In this document: in pieces, positions 22,074 through 32,960 of the stretch
How positions within the stretch are numbered: position 1 is the first letter of the stretch
How the letters are laid out: each line of letters starts with the position of its first letter
NCBI GenBank assembly: GCA_008369845.1
Contig: MRSU01007186.1
Span: 1 to 64,000 of the forward strand
Direction of reading: 5' to 3'
DNA length: 64,000 nucleotides
DNA from: Trichomonas gallinae
Taxonomy: Eukaryota
Notes under the pieces: model-generated
Told to the model about the DNA's origin: nothing
Seen by the model: the letters and a program-made list of their open reading frames with translations, nothing else
Database searches by the model: none
Program-made: the position numbers and the translations under genes

Positions 22074-22688
22074 ATGCAAGACAAGATTCTCCTTCCTCCG
22101 ATATCAGAGCTCACGCCGCAGGCCGTCCAGGAGCAGAATTACGTCGTCCCAAACTATCAACCGCCTATTTATGCTGTCCAAGTTCAGCAGCAGCAACCGC
22201 AAACCTTTTATCAATATCATTCCAACATTTCTAAAAGAAAACCAATGAACTTTTCAGTTTTGGAAGACATCGCTATTCTTAAAGCTATGCGCCTTTATCT
22301 CGGGAAAAATGTTTCTCTAAAAGTTCCGTGGTCGTTTTGGCAATTTTACCGAAAGTTCACAGGATCGCAGAGAAGTGATTCATCGCTGTACCATCACTGG
22401 AATGGTGCAATGGTCAAAAAATATGGAAATTTCATCAAGGATGGCTTAATTGATGAATGTATAGCTTGGGCAGAGAACTCAAGTGAGTCCAAGCAAGTTA
22501 AGTCGGATTATGAAGATGAAATATTCCCAGTTGAGCCAAGAATGCTCATACATTCCAGATCTCATCAAGTCATGCCTTCATCTTATTTCCATTCGGATCC
22601 AGCCACACCTCTCAACGTTAGTATGCCAAGGCAGCTAACACATTTCCAGTCCTATAATGATGTTGATTTAACCATGTATCGTTTTTAA
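22074..22688 (+). CDS. Myb/SANT-like DNA-binding protein
   Basis: FSVLEDIAILKAM...FW...RSDSSLYHHW matches the single Myb (Rap1/TRF-like) pattern. Q/P-rich N-terminus. Inr TCATA at 22064 before the ATG at 22074. Confidence 0.7.
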   Translation: MQDKILLPPISELTPQAVQEQNYVVPNYQPPIYAVQVQQQQPQTFYQYHSNISKRKPMNFSVLEDIAILKAMRLYLGKNVSLKVPWSFWQFYRKFTGSQRSDSSLYHHWNGAMVKKYGNFIKDGLIDECIAWAENSSESKQVKSDYEDEIFPVEPRMLIHSRSHQVMPSSYFHSDPATPLNVSMPRQLTHFQSYNDVDLTMYRF

Positions 22689-22991
22689 TTTTATTTTTAT
22701 TAAATTACTATGTATTTGTCCATGGGATTCAAAAATTAACTCATTTTTCTATTTATTTATCGAAAGGGTTGATCATTATGATGGGTTTTGAATTTCGATG
22801 AAAAAAATATGTTTTTACATCGCGAGAATTAATCGATGATTGGGAACCTGTAAACGTTTATATTGCATATTTCGAAGTTTGGAGATATGTAATAACAGTA
22901 GACTTTTAAAATTTCTGACAAAACAAAAATTTTGTAAAGTCAAAGATTACTTTACATGGCATAAATTTGTTTTACGTGACTAAAAATTTTA

Positions 22992-25718
22992 ATGGATTTC
23001 TCACAAATTGAGCCCAGACTTATAGAATATGGAAAAGAGGAGGGTGAAGCTGCTCTTAAACTCCAGGGCGAATTTGTGAATCATCTGTTTCTAAATTTTG
23101 AAGAATTTGGTCAGATAATAACCAATTTTGGAAATTTTTCGTCATTTGATGCAAAAAATGGCATAATAAAGATGCTTAATCATTATTTATCGACAAATAA
23201 TCCTAATAGTGCTGATCCTATAGCTTTACTCGATATTATCACAAATTTAGCTTATTCAGATTTAGTTCAAAATTTTAACTCATTTAGCGATTATGCAAAA
23301 AGCTGCATTACAGAATTACAAGCGCACATTATAATACATACATATCCCGAGATCAATTCTGGATTTCTTCAGGCAATTGATGAAAGTGTACCAGATACAA
23401 TTAAATACAAAATCATTAGAGATTATACATCAATGATTTCATCTATGGATCCCTCAAAACTCGGATTATATCATTATATTAATTCTTATATACTGCAAAA
23501 CGATCAAAAATTACTTGAAATAGTAGGAAATGGTATTTTTGTAAAAAATTTTGATGCTTTTTATGCACTTTCCAATATATCAAAAACATATTTTCAAAAT
23601 TGGGTTTCAGATCCTAATTTAGTTGAAGCTTTTGGATCTGCTATCCAAGTAGCTGAGTTAAATCCACCTTACATCTTGACTCTCACAAGTTTAATGGAAT
23701 CTCCAAATGTTGAAATTAAGCCGGAAATTTTCACAAAATTCTCTGTATCAGATGTTATTGATTGCATCAATAGAAGCACCGAAGACATAAATATTCTTTT
23801 ATCAGCCGCAAAATTATTAATCGCTTGTTCACGATATGTGGAGGTTGACGACAATGCTAAACTTATTCAAATTCAACAAGCATTACAATTCCTTAAATGT
23901 CCAGATAATAATGTCGCATATGAAGTAATTTCATTTATTAATCACATTATTTACGAATTTCCTCAATTTTGTGGCGAAATTTATTTACATGTTGCTGAAA
24001 GACTCGTACAATACATAGCAAATAATCCATTTCCTTTAGTTTCGTCTCTATATATGAATCTTTTAAGATCTTTGTCAAATTGTGTTAGACAAAATTTAGA
24101 AGCATCAACAGCAGTATTTTTAGAAGTTTTTACTGAAGAAAACATTGGTGATAGTATTCCGATGAAGGCTGCCGTCATGGCAATTTATTCTGATTTGGTG
24201 GGAATTGTTTTTAGAAGTATGGACAGTCTCCGCAGTTTCTTCTCTCAGCTCGAGCCGACTTTTAATCAAGTTCTCGAATATTTAGACCAAGTTATAAATG
24301 AAGGCCAGAGCATCGTGCCTGAATTGTTCCCACTGATCTACACTTTCTGTTATTTAACCGATGCTCTAATTATTGCACGCATGAAATCAAAACCAAACAC
24401 AATCGAATTTTTGTTCGATGAAAATCAGAGAATCACCACATTCTTCGCAGTTTTAATCCGCTTAGTTTCACTCAATCAAGATGATAGCATCAGGGCGAAA
24501 CTGTTACAACTCATCTACATGTTGAGCAGTAAAGCAGCAAAAGCGAATATACCTGTTAATTTTGAACCAAATATAATTTACGAATTAATCATAGGCACGA
24601 GGAATCCTGAAATCGTGAAAGCATGTTCACTGTTCCAAAGTTTTTATGATACAGAACTTAGCGGTGCGATACTTGAAACTTACATAAATGACACAAACAA
24701 AATGAAAACCGATGAAAATCGTGACGAAATTTCTCTTCTTCAAGCATATTATTTATTAAACTTGAAGCCAGGTTCACTCGGCGACAAATTAGGTTTCTTC
24801 AGAGAATTCGTTGTTAGTCAACTTAATACATATACAGAAAACAAAGTAATATTCGGCAAATACATAGAATTACTTACACATCTTTTCGACCAAGGCTTTG
24901 ATATATTTATGCAATTGCTCAATGCGATTGACGTTTCTCCTTATATTGCTCAACTCACATTTTGCGCAGTTACTTACCTGCGATTTATCAATGAATCGCA
25001 CTCAATGAATTTACAGTTGAGTGGAGATTTCATAAGCATCCAATGGGTGACGGATTTCGCTCAAAAGATGCTACCAATATTCATCCAATTCATGGAAAAC
25101 ATCAGGAAAATGAAACTTTCCAAATCCGTTTACTCTGAAGATCTCTACATGACTGTCAAATACATATCATTATTTATCGCATACTTACCGCCAGATCTTA
25201 TATCAGATGAGCAATTTGGTATTATCTTGAATATAATCAAATTTTTGTTTGCAAATTCTTATCAAACGCGTCCAATCATCCAAGTCTGTCTCAGCTTCTG
25301 CAAGCAGCTCCTCAAAATTGATAGAAGAAACCTTGTTGTCGTGGAACAACTGACACCTTATACATTCAGTTTCATTTTCAGCCCGAAATTTGATCCAAAT
25401 AAAGAAGAGTATGAGAATTTCTTAATAGGTGCAACATCGTTTTGCAGCGTATGGACTGCACACAGAGATTTCTTCATTAAGGCAACAAAAGCTGTTGAAT
25501 CTCATATAACAGAGAGAAATGTTTTTGCTGATGTTTGTTTTAATTTCTTCACAAAATTCGTCTGTCTAGAAGGAGAAGGAGACCGCGGATTGACTGAGAC
25601 ATTTTTGTCAACTTTAGCAATGAACGCAGATCAAGCATGGCCGCATGTCAGAAGGTTTTATACTAATTTGATTTCATATAGGAACTTTAACTCACTCCCT
25701 GAAGGTTTGCCTATTTAA
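22992..25718 (+). CDS. Hypothetical HEAT/ARM solenoid protein (possible divergent karyopherin)
   Basis: 908-aa helical ORF with no diagnostic catalytic motif. Confidence 0.6.
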   Translation: MDFSQIEPRLIEYGKEEGEAALKLQGEFVNHLFLNFEEFGQIITNFGNFSSFDAKNGIIKMLNHYLSTNNPNSADPIALLDIITNLAYSDLVQNFNSFSDYAKSCITELQAHIIIHTYPEINSGFLQAIDESVPDTIKYKIIRDYTSMISSMDPSKLGLYHYINSYILQNDQKLLEIVGNGIFVKNFDAFYALSNISKTYFQNWVSDPNLVEAFGSAIQVAELNPPYILTLTSLMESPNVEIKPEIFTKFSVSDVIDCINRSTEDINILLSAAKLLIACSRYVEVDDNAKLIQIQQALQFLKCPDNNVAYEVISFINHIIYEFPQFCGEIYLHVAERLVQYIANNPFPLVSSLYMNLLRSLSNCVRQNLEASTAVFLEVFTEENIGDSIPMKAAVMAIYSDLVGIVFRSMDSLRSFFSQLEPTFNQVLEYLDQVINEGQSIVPELFPLIYTFCYLTDALIIARMKSKPNTIEFLFDENQRITTFFAVLIRLVSLNQDDSIRAKLLQLIYMLSSKAAKANIPVNFEPNIIYELIIGTRNPEIVKACSLFQSFYDTELSGAILETYINDTNKMKTDENRDEISLLQAYYLLNLKPGSLGDKLGFFREFVVSQLNTYTENKVIFGKYIELLTHLFDQGFDIFMQLLNAIDVSPYIAQLTFCAVTYLRFINESHSMNLQLSGDFISIQWVTDFAQKMLPIFIQFMENIRKMKLSKSVYSEDLYMTVKYISLFIAYLPPDLISDEQFGIILNIIKFLFANSYQTRPIIQVCLSFCKQLLKIDRRNLVVVEQLTPYTFSFIFSPKFDPNKEEYENFLIGATSFCSVWTAHRDFFIKATKAVESHITERNVFADVCFNFFTKFVCLEGEGDRGLTETFLSTLAMNADQAWPHVRRFYTNLISYRNFNSLPEGLPI

Positions 25719-25865
25719 ATATCTTTCATTTTGTTTCTTAATAAATGATTTGTTATAAAATGAAATCTATATTTGTCAATGTAATGCAATTTATGTCATA
25801 TTTGTAAAGAAGTTGATTTAAAAAGTATGAAATAAATAAAATAAAAACAGATCTAAATAATTTAA

Positions 25866-27821
25866 TTAACAATTGTTGCGTGCGCCTCTTGAAGATGATG
25901 GTCTGTCGATCTTCAATAATTTCGTCAGCAATTTGTATTTGTCTTTTTCTTCTGGGTTGACTAAGTCGAGTGGTGATTTTCCTTCTCTATCTGCGTAGCT
26001 TGTATCAAGCTTTGGATCAGCTTCTAAAAGAATCTTGATGGCGCGCTCGTTCCAGTTCTGTACTGCCAAGTAGAAAGGTGTGCGTCCGTCTCTAGTTAGA
26101 ACGCTTGCGTTTTCCTTCGGATGAACTAAAGCAGAAATTGTTGAGATGTCGCCGTTCATTATAGCAATATGCAGTGGAGTGTATCCTTCCCTGTTTGCCT
26201 GGTTAGGGTTGGCGCCTCCTCTTATCAAGATATTGACCATTGCAGCGTTCTTAGCTTTGGCAGCAGTGTGTATCGGAGTGTCCTTAAGTTTGTTGACCTG
26301 ATTGATATCAGCGCCAGCAGCAATTAATTCTAAAGCCTTTTCTCCCATGTCAGGTTTGAGAGCTGTGTGGTGGAGTGGAGTCATGCCTTCAGCATCGACT
26401 GCTGTCTTCCAGTTCTCTAGGTCTGTGAACTGTTTCTTCTTCTTAGACTTTGTCTTCTTTGGATGAAGGAATTGCTCCAACAAATCATTGGACTCTTTGG
26501 TTGACTTCAACGCTCTTTCTTTCGTTTCAGTTGGTGCAAAAACTGGTGAGAATGTCCTTTGAACTGTTCTCGGTGTTGTTGGCTTCGATCCGATAAGTGT
26601 TGTGATCATCGGAACGTTCGACTCGATGACTTCAGGGAAGAAGATGACTGGTGGCTGAAGTTTCTCGCCATTTTCGTCGATCAAATATCTTGGGCCTATT
26701 GTGCCATCGTAAGCATTGATGCAGTTGAATGGTGGCATGTCCGGAGGTTCCATGTCTTGATCATCATTTTCATCTTCGCTGCGTTGACCTGACGTGATCG
26801 TGGAAACAGTGGAAGATGTTTTAACTGAGTTTGGAATGTTGCGTCCATTGCCTCTAAACTCAATCAAGCCTGCATTGTCTTCAGATATAGAAAGTGTGAA
26901 CTCTCTTTCTTCGTGGTCATCATGATGTTCGACGTGTTCTTCAACATTTTCCTTGTTCTCTTCATCTAGTTTTTCTTCGTCTTCTTCTGGTTTTCCTTCG
27001 TTTTCTTCTTTCTCTTTATGCTCGTCGTCTGATGAAGACTTCTTTTCACCTTCTTTTTCTTTCTCTTCGTCATCAGATGAAGAAGATTTCTTTTCCTTTT
27101 GTTCTTCACTATCTTCTTCCTTTTCTTTTTCATCATCTGAAGAAGTTGAAAATTTCTTCTTTTCCTCGTCGTCATGCTTTTCTTCTTCAGTAGCAGCTGC
27201 ATCTTCGACGACTTCTTCGACGTCATCATCTACTGCTTCTGGTAAATTCGCGACTTCTTGCACTTCAGTGTTTTCTTGATTTTCCTCATCGGTGAGCTTG
27301 TCTTCTTCAGCAGGAGCTGCATTTTCAACGTTTTCTTGGTCATCATCATCAACTGCTACCGGTAAATTCGCGATTTCTCGTTCTTCATTGTTTTCTTTAT
27401 TTTCCTCATCTGTATTGTCATTATTTTCGGCTTCTGCAGCTGTATTTTCTGTTTCTTCTGGTGATTTCTCCTCATTTGTATTTTCTTCGTTATTTTCTTG
27501 TTTTTCATCATCAGAGGAAGAACTTGACTTCTTTTCTTTCTTTTCGTCGTCAGATGATGAAGATTTCTCTTTCTTTTCGGTAGATTCTTCAGTTACATTT
27601 TCTGCAGGCTGATTTTCCTGGTTTACTTCTGCATTCTCTTGTGTTTGTTCGTTCTCATTGCCACCTTCAGCTGTTTCTTCAGCTGGGGCCTCCTCAGCTG
27701 GAATTTCTTCATTTTGAGGAGTTTCGTTTTCCAAAGACTCTTGTTCAGCGTTAACAGACTCATCATTAGCAGATTCGTTGACTTCGGCCTCCTGATTAGA
27801 CTGGTCTTCCGTAGAACTCAT
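25866..27821 (-). CDS. Ankyrin-repeat protein with an acidic disordered N-terminus
   Basis: GMTPLHHTA, KDTPIHTAA, GYTPLHIAI, GRTPFYLAV and GKSPLDL. N-terminal KKSSSSDDE repeats. Confidence 0.9.
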   Translation of the reverse strand: MSSTEDQSNQEAEVNESANDESVNAEQESLENETPQNEEIPAEEAPAEETAEGGNENEQTQENAEVNQENQPAENVTEESTEKKEKSSSSDDEKKEKKSSSSSDDEKQENNEENTNEEKSPEETENTAAEAENNDNTDEENKENNEEREIANLPVAVDDDDQENVENAAPAEEDKLTDEENQENTEVQEVANLPEAVDDDVEEVVEDAAATEEEKHDDEEKKKFSTSSDDEKEKEEDSEEQKEKKSSSSDDEEKEKEGEKKSSSDDEHKEKEENEGKPEEDEEKLDEENKENVEEHVEHHDDHEEREFTLSISEDNAGLIEFRGNGRNIPNSVKTSSTVSTITSGQRSEDENDDQDMEPPDMPPFNCINAYDGTIGPRYLIDENGEKLQPPVIFFPEVIESNVPMITTLIGSKPTTPRTVQRTFSPVFAPTETKERALKSTKESNDLLEQFLHPKKTKSKKKKQFTDLENWKTAVDAEGMTPLHHTALKPDMGEKALELIAAGADINQVNKLKDTPIHTAAKAKNAAMVNILIRGGANPNQANREGYTPLHIAIMNGDISTISALVHPKENASVLTRDGRTPFYLAVQNWNERAIKILLEADPKLDTSYADREGKSPLDLVNPEEKDKYKLLTKLLKIDRPSSSRGARNNC

Positions 27822-28271
27822 TCTTGTCTATTTTAACGTTTTCTAAAAGTGACAACAAATAAAGTTGTAACGATTAATTTCCCCTCAAATTTATCTGATA
27901 TTTACATTTCAAATTTTAACTTTACATGTCAAAAACATTATCTCATTAGTTAAACATTGATATGCAGGGTACTCATCTAATATTTGCATTCAATTTCCAC
28001 ATTTTCCATCATATTTTTCTTTAATTCGTATTTTCGTTATAAAATTATAATTAATCAAATATATTTTGCTGATTTAATTGAAGATAGGAGAAATGAAGTT
28101 ATTGATGCTGTCTATCTTGATAGAATCATATAGAATAGGATGAACTATCATCGCTTATTCATTTCAAATTCAAAAAGAAATTATTGCGACAAATAATGAG
28201 AAAAAATACATGATAAACAATAAATTCATAATATCCTTTTAACAACATTAACGCGTAACATAGTAATGAAG

Positions 28272-31200
28272 TTATTTCTTCTTTTCGATCAAATAAGTAA
28301 CAACAGGGCCGTTCTTAATTTCAACTTCGCCTCTTTCTTTGATTTCGAATGGGCCACCGTAGATTAATTCGTAGACAGCACGAGAAACATGTACCTTCAT
28401 TGGCACGCCGTGGTGCTCCATCTGTTGTGCCATGTTGATGGCTGGGCCGAGAATCTCGAATGTTGGCTTCTCTGTTCCCAAAACACCAGCGACAATTGGG
28501 CCGCCAGTGTTGACACCGACTCTAATCTGGAGATTCTGCTGGATCTCCTCGTTCACTCTCTCGAGTCCTTCAATGCATTCAAGGCCGAATTCGACGACAT
28601 CTTTGGCGTGGACAGCCGGTTGGTTGACATCTGCGAAGATGCCACCAGCGCCCATGTAGCAGTCACCGATGCACTTGATCTTCGTCATTGTCGTGTGCAT
28701 CGCGCAGATGCTGTCGTACTCCTTGAACAATCTGTTGAGTGTAGACATGACTGTTGATGCTGGAAGCGAGCCGCACCATGGAGTGAATGATACAATATCC
28801 ATGAAGACGACTGTGATCGACTGAACAGCAAAGTTGATGTTCTTCTCGCCAGCTTGAACGCGAATAACAAGCCTTGGTGGAAGAATTGATGCAAGCATTC
28901 TGTCGCTCTTTGCACGCTCATCAGCAATCAAGCGGTTGTACATAACAGTCTGTGTGTCATCTCTCAACGATATGATAATGTTCTGATTGAGAACTGTGAA
29001 TGTCAAGTTTGCGTGGACTTCTGTTCCATCTTGTTTCTTGTATATATAAGTTGCCTCGAAGTCATCTTCTGAAGTAAGCTGCTTCTTTGTGTTGTTTTCG
29101 AGCTTCTCGAATGGATTTCCATTTGTGAAGTTCTTAGCGAAGTAGTTTACGTGATTTCCAACAAGATCATCTGACTTGATGTCGAAGATTCTCGTGATAG
29201 AGTTGTTTGCGCTCAAGACCTTTCCTGTCATGTCGAGCATCAAAATGGCATCTGGCATATCTTTAACCAATACCTCGTAGAACTCGGCATCGTTTGTGCC
29301 TGCGTCGCTCCTCTTGTCCTTGAAGTTGCCGGCGAGAAGTTGACTGATATATGGATTAGTGATAACAATATTGCCTGGGCAATGCAACAAAAGTCTGAGA
29401 GCGAACTTCTGGCGGTTCTCTGAGTTGTTCAATTGAATGAGAATGACAATTTCGAAGATGAAACCGATGATTAAGAAAATAACAGCGCCTGCTGTGTAGT
29501 ATGGGTTGTCCTTTGTGAGTGAGGTTGTCATTGTTGGAACGATCTTCGCGAATAAGTCATTATAATAGTTTTCGAACAAGTGAATGATGTGAACGTGCCA
29601 GATGTGACCTAATCTTGTATCGTTTGTCATGAATGTGATGTTCTCGTTGATGTACTTGTACAAGATTGACTTGACTTCTGTCTGAACGTATGTTGTCAAA
29701 AGATCTGGGTTCCAGCATCTGTAAACATCGTGAACATCTTCCGGAACTTGTCCGAATTCGCAATCTTGTGGCCGTACACCTGCCAGTTCTTCAGCAGTGA
29801 GAATTGAGAACGCTTCTGTGTGCATTGTTTCGTTACCATATCTGACGGCCTTGTAGTTGATGATGCCTTTGTCTTGCCATTCTGAAGCGATGTTAACGAG
29901 CGTTGAGATCGGATAGTTTGGCAACACATAGCCTTCGAATGCACCAGCAAGCATGTTCATAGCTAGAATTGAAGCGAAATCATATGAATATGCAGCCATC
30001 AAATAATCGATCTGTGGTGCAGAGTGTGATAATTCATTTCCACTTCTGATCAAGAAGAAGCCCAACAGCAAACAAGCGCCGAGATTGAGCAAAGACAAGA
30101 ATGTCATGCAGACAATAACAACTATAGCATCTGATGTGGAGCCTCCGTCACTTTCGCTTGATGTTGAGAAAATCTTGAGAAGGTTTTCTTCTTGTTTGTT
30201 AAGTTCTTCGTCGTGTGTAGCGTTTGTGCTCTTCATGTGCTCGCTTCCATCCTTCTTGAGGACCTTGAAAGAGTCAGCAACATGAGAAACAACATATTTA
30301 GGAAGGCTGGCAATGGCTCTGTATATCGCAATTTTGTCGTGACCGATTTCTTTAACGATTATTATGCAAGCGATGATATATATAATGAAAATGAATGAGC
30401 AGCCACCAATAAGCACGTACTCTGTGACCTCGATAATCTCGTCATCGGCTGTTCTGATGTAGTCGTTCAGATATGTCAAAGCGAGAGAAAGATCTGAAGT
30501 CAAAACTCTTGTGTTGCCGATCAATGTTCTGATTTCTCTTTCCTGCATTGCATTCTTTGAGTAGTTCGACTGCTTGAGAAGTGCAGTAACTAAAACAGAG
30601 TACTGCATGATGCCGTGCTGTACAGACACGTTCTCTTTTGTGCCTGGATCTTCTGGATCGTTGTTGTATGTAGTGAAAGTAACGTCAGACTTATACATGT
30701 ACCCTCTGACCTTCTCCATGTTCTTGTCTCCCGGCTTGAATGACATGATATCTGACAACTCCTGTGTTCTCTGTGTCAAAATGTCGGTGACGTACTTGAG
30801 CTGCACGCGTGTGTTATCTGAGGAGCCGAAATTCTTTGGCATTGGTTCGCCGAAGAGTTGCAGTGGTTGCATGTGTGCGATGTTTTCGAGAATCAAGTGG
30901 TGTGAGAGTGCAATCAGCTGGAAAATCTCTGCTCTTATCAAGGAGATCTTCTCCATGAACTTCAGAGGGACAGTGATGGACTTGATGTTCATAGGAATGA
31001 AAATTGCGAGACCGATAACTGGTGTGAGGAACAAAATGATGAAAAGAAGGACAAGGCAGATCCTGGCTTTTCTGTAAGCTGGGATTTTGAGATCGTTGAT
31101 GCTCTCTCTGACGCTCATCCTCAAATCGGTGTCGGCTTCCATTCTTTCGTCCTCTGGTTCGATTTCTTGCGTTAATGTGTTCTCTGTGATAAGATTTGCG

Positions 31201-32960
31201 TTGATTGTTTCTTCGTCCTGGTAGTCAAGCTCCTTAGGAAGGAATGGAAATGCCCTCAAACCGAATTCGTGAGTCTGATCTGTGATAACTGATACACCTC
31301 TCTGCAAGAGAGAAACGTTTTGACGCCATGTGTTGTATGCTGCAAAGTCGGCAACAACATCGCGAAGGAATCTGGCATATGTACGCGCAACAAATCTTGA
31401 ATTCGGGAACATGCGGATAAGATGCTGGAATTCAGCTTCACAAGAGTCAATGGCGATGAAAGCACGGTGAACAACACTCTCAAGCTCGTGCACATTGCCT
31501 TGGATAATGAGATCCCAAATATAACGAACTTTATGTTTTGTCGCTGCAACTTGTTTGCCAACTTTGTCGAGTTTAGTTTTGAGTTCTGGAATCAAATTTG
31601 CTTCGCGCTGGCGAACAATCGTTTGAATTTGCTGTAACGTATGTTTTGCGAGTGAGCCTTTAAGCTTGTTTTGTATGATGCTTACAGCAACCCAATCCAG
31701 CTGCTGCGTTTCCGATGGATAAATCGCGATGAATTTTGCAAATGACAGCCAATTTTGAACATCTTTTGGCCATCTTTCGATACCAGCCTTAAACATCTTC
31801 CATGAGAGACAGAATGGATGTGCATAGCGGAAACCTGCGATGACGACATTCGAAAACTGTGTTCTAGTCTTGATTAAATCTGGAAATTCTTCTGGTGCTT
31901 CATCCAGTTGATCCAGAATGATTAAAGCATTTGTTGTGCTCCTCTCCAAGAAGAATGAGCATGCAAAATATAGGATTATCCATAAAGCAACAATTGCAAT
32001 AATGATATACTCTTGACCTTTAAGTTTGAGGATATCGAAAATGCAAGCGATGATTAAGAGGATTGTTCCTGATATCGCAGACGCATATATCGCCTTTTTA
32101 TACGCTATATTAACAAATCCTCCATATTTATTTGTCGCGAATAAAATCGAAATGTATGCAACACAGACTGTAAGTGTTAATGCTATGCGCGGATATAAGC
32201 TTAATTCGGATGCAATTCCAGAGAGTCCATAAACGAACAGTGTGATTATTATGACACTGACTTGAACCGACGGAACAATGGTCTGAAGCGAGTCTGGACG
32301 GAAAGAAATTGTTACTGAGTAAATCGCCGCAATAAGCCAAACGTATCCTACAATTGTGATTGCTGTGAGAGCAATTCCAACTAAATTTAATGGATTAACG
32401 TATTTATTTGGTTCGTATATCATTCTTCCGATTGTTCCGGTTGCCATTTCGCATGCAATTGGTGGTAAAATATATCCAACAGTTCCAAAGAAAAGAGATA
32501 TCATTGGAGGAATGATCGTATGAAGCTTAGCTTGTTTCGAATAGTAAATTGCTGCTATTGTTATGAAAATATAAAATAAAATAAATAAACCTGAAATAAT
32601 AATCATGAAGTAGGGAGCTGCCTTATCCTGATAACTGGCGGGGCATAATGAGAAAATACATGATATGACATCGTTAACAACTGACATTCTTGTGCCTCTT
32701 CCCCAAAAATCATAATAACGTGTGCAAAAAGTAGGGCCAAAAAACTGCAGAATACGCCAGATGCTGATGATTATGTGAATGAAGAAGTATGGCGGGGATG
32801 CAGTTGTCACATAGTCGAAGAGAAGGAAAAAATTATTTCTCATTCGCTTGTAGACAGAAAGCTCGATCATTCCTGCATACCTCGATGAAACATCGAGTGA
32901 GCGCATTGAGTTAGATCCAAAAGAAGACGTCGATGTAGCTGTGTGAGATGCAGGAATCAT
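28272..32960 (-). CDS. Transmembrane adenylate cyclase with PAS domain (Trichomonas TMAC family)
   Basis: Many TM helices, a PAS-like MPDAILMLDMTGKVLSANNSITRIF, and the class III cyclase motifs FMDIVSFT, KIKCIGDCY and RVGVNTGGPIVAGVLG. Confidence 0.93.
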   Translation of the reverse strand: MIPASHTATSTSSFGSNSMRSLDVSSRYAGMIELSVYKRMRNNFFLLFDYVTTASPPYFFIHIIISIWRILQFFGPTFCTRYYDFWGRGTRMSVVNDVISCIFSLCPASYQDKAAPYFMIIISGLFILFYIFITIAAIYYSKQAKLHTIIPPMISLFFGTVGYILPPIACEMATGTIGRMIYEPNKYVNPLNLVGIALTAITIVGYVWLIAAIYSVTISFRPDSLQTIVPSVQVSVIIITLFVYGLSGIASELSLYPRIALTLTVCVAYISILFATNKYGGFVNIAYKKAIYASAISGTILLIIACIFDILKLKGQEYIIIAIVALWIILYFACSFFLERSTTNALIILDQLDEAPEEFPDLIKTRTQFSNVVIAGFRYAHPFCLSWKMFKAGIERWPKDVQNWLSFAKFIAIYPSETQQLDWVAVSIIQNKLKGSLAKHTLQQIQTIVRQREANLIPELKTKLDKVGKQVAATKHKVRYIWDLIIQGNVHELESVVHRAFIAIDSCEAEFQHLIRMFPNSRFVARTYARFLRDVVADFAAYNTWRQNVSLLQRGVSVITDQTHEFGLRAFPFLPKELDYQDEETINANLITENTLTQEIEPEDERMEADTDLRMSVRESINDLKIPAYRKARICLVLLFIILFLTPVIGLAIFIPMNIKSITVPLKFMEKISLIRAEIFQLIALSHHLILENIAHMQPLQLFGEPMPKNFGSSDNTRVQLKYVTDILTQRTQELSDIMSFKPGDKNMEKVRGYMYKSDVTFTTYNNDPEDPGTKENVSVQHGIMQYSVLVTALLKQSNYSKNAMQEREIRTLIGNTRVLTSDLSLALTYLNDYIRTADDEIIEVTEYVLIGGCSFIFIIYIIACIIIVKEIGHDKIAIYRAIASLPKYVVSHVADSFKVLKKDGSEHMKSTNATHDEELNKQEENLLKIFSTSSESDGGSTSDAIVVIVCMTFLSLLNLGACLLLGFFLIRSGNELSHSAPQIDYLMAAYSYDFASILAMNMLAGAFEGYVLPNYPISTLVNIASEWQDKGIINYKAVRYGNETMHTEAFSILTAEELAGVRPQDCEFGQVPEDVHDVYRCWNPDLLTTYVQTEVKSILYKYINENITFMTNDTRLGHIWHVHIIHLFENYYNDLFAKIVPTMTTSLTKDNPYYTAGAVIFLIIGFIFEIVILIQLNNSENRQKFALRLLLHCPGNIVITNPYISQLLAGNFKDKRSDAGTNDAEFYEVLVKDMPDAILMLDMTGKVLSANNSITRIFDIKSDDLVGNHVNYFAKNFTNGNPFEKLENNTKKQLTSEDDFEATYIYKKQDGTEVHANLTFTVLNQNIIISLRDDTQTVMYNRLIADERAKSDRMLASILPPRLVIRVQAGEKNINFAVQSITVVFMDIVSFTPWCGSLPASTVMSTLNRLFKEYDSICAMHTTMTKIKCIGDCYMGAGGIFADVNQPAVHAKDVVEFGLECIEGLERVNEEIQQNLQIRVGVNTGGPIVAGVLGTEKPTFEILGPAINMAQQMEHHGVPMKVHVSRAVYELIYGGPFEIKERGEVEIKNGPVVTYLIEKKK

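Noticed and set aside
27846..27853. AAAGTGAC as an M2 motif upstream of the minus-strand ankyrin gene
   Set aside because: On the sense strand it reads GTCACTTT, which is more simply an initiator TCACT.
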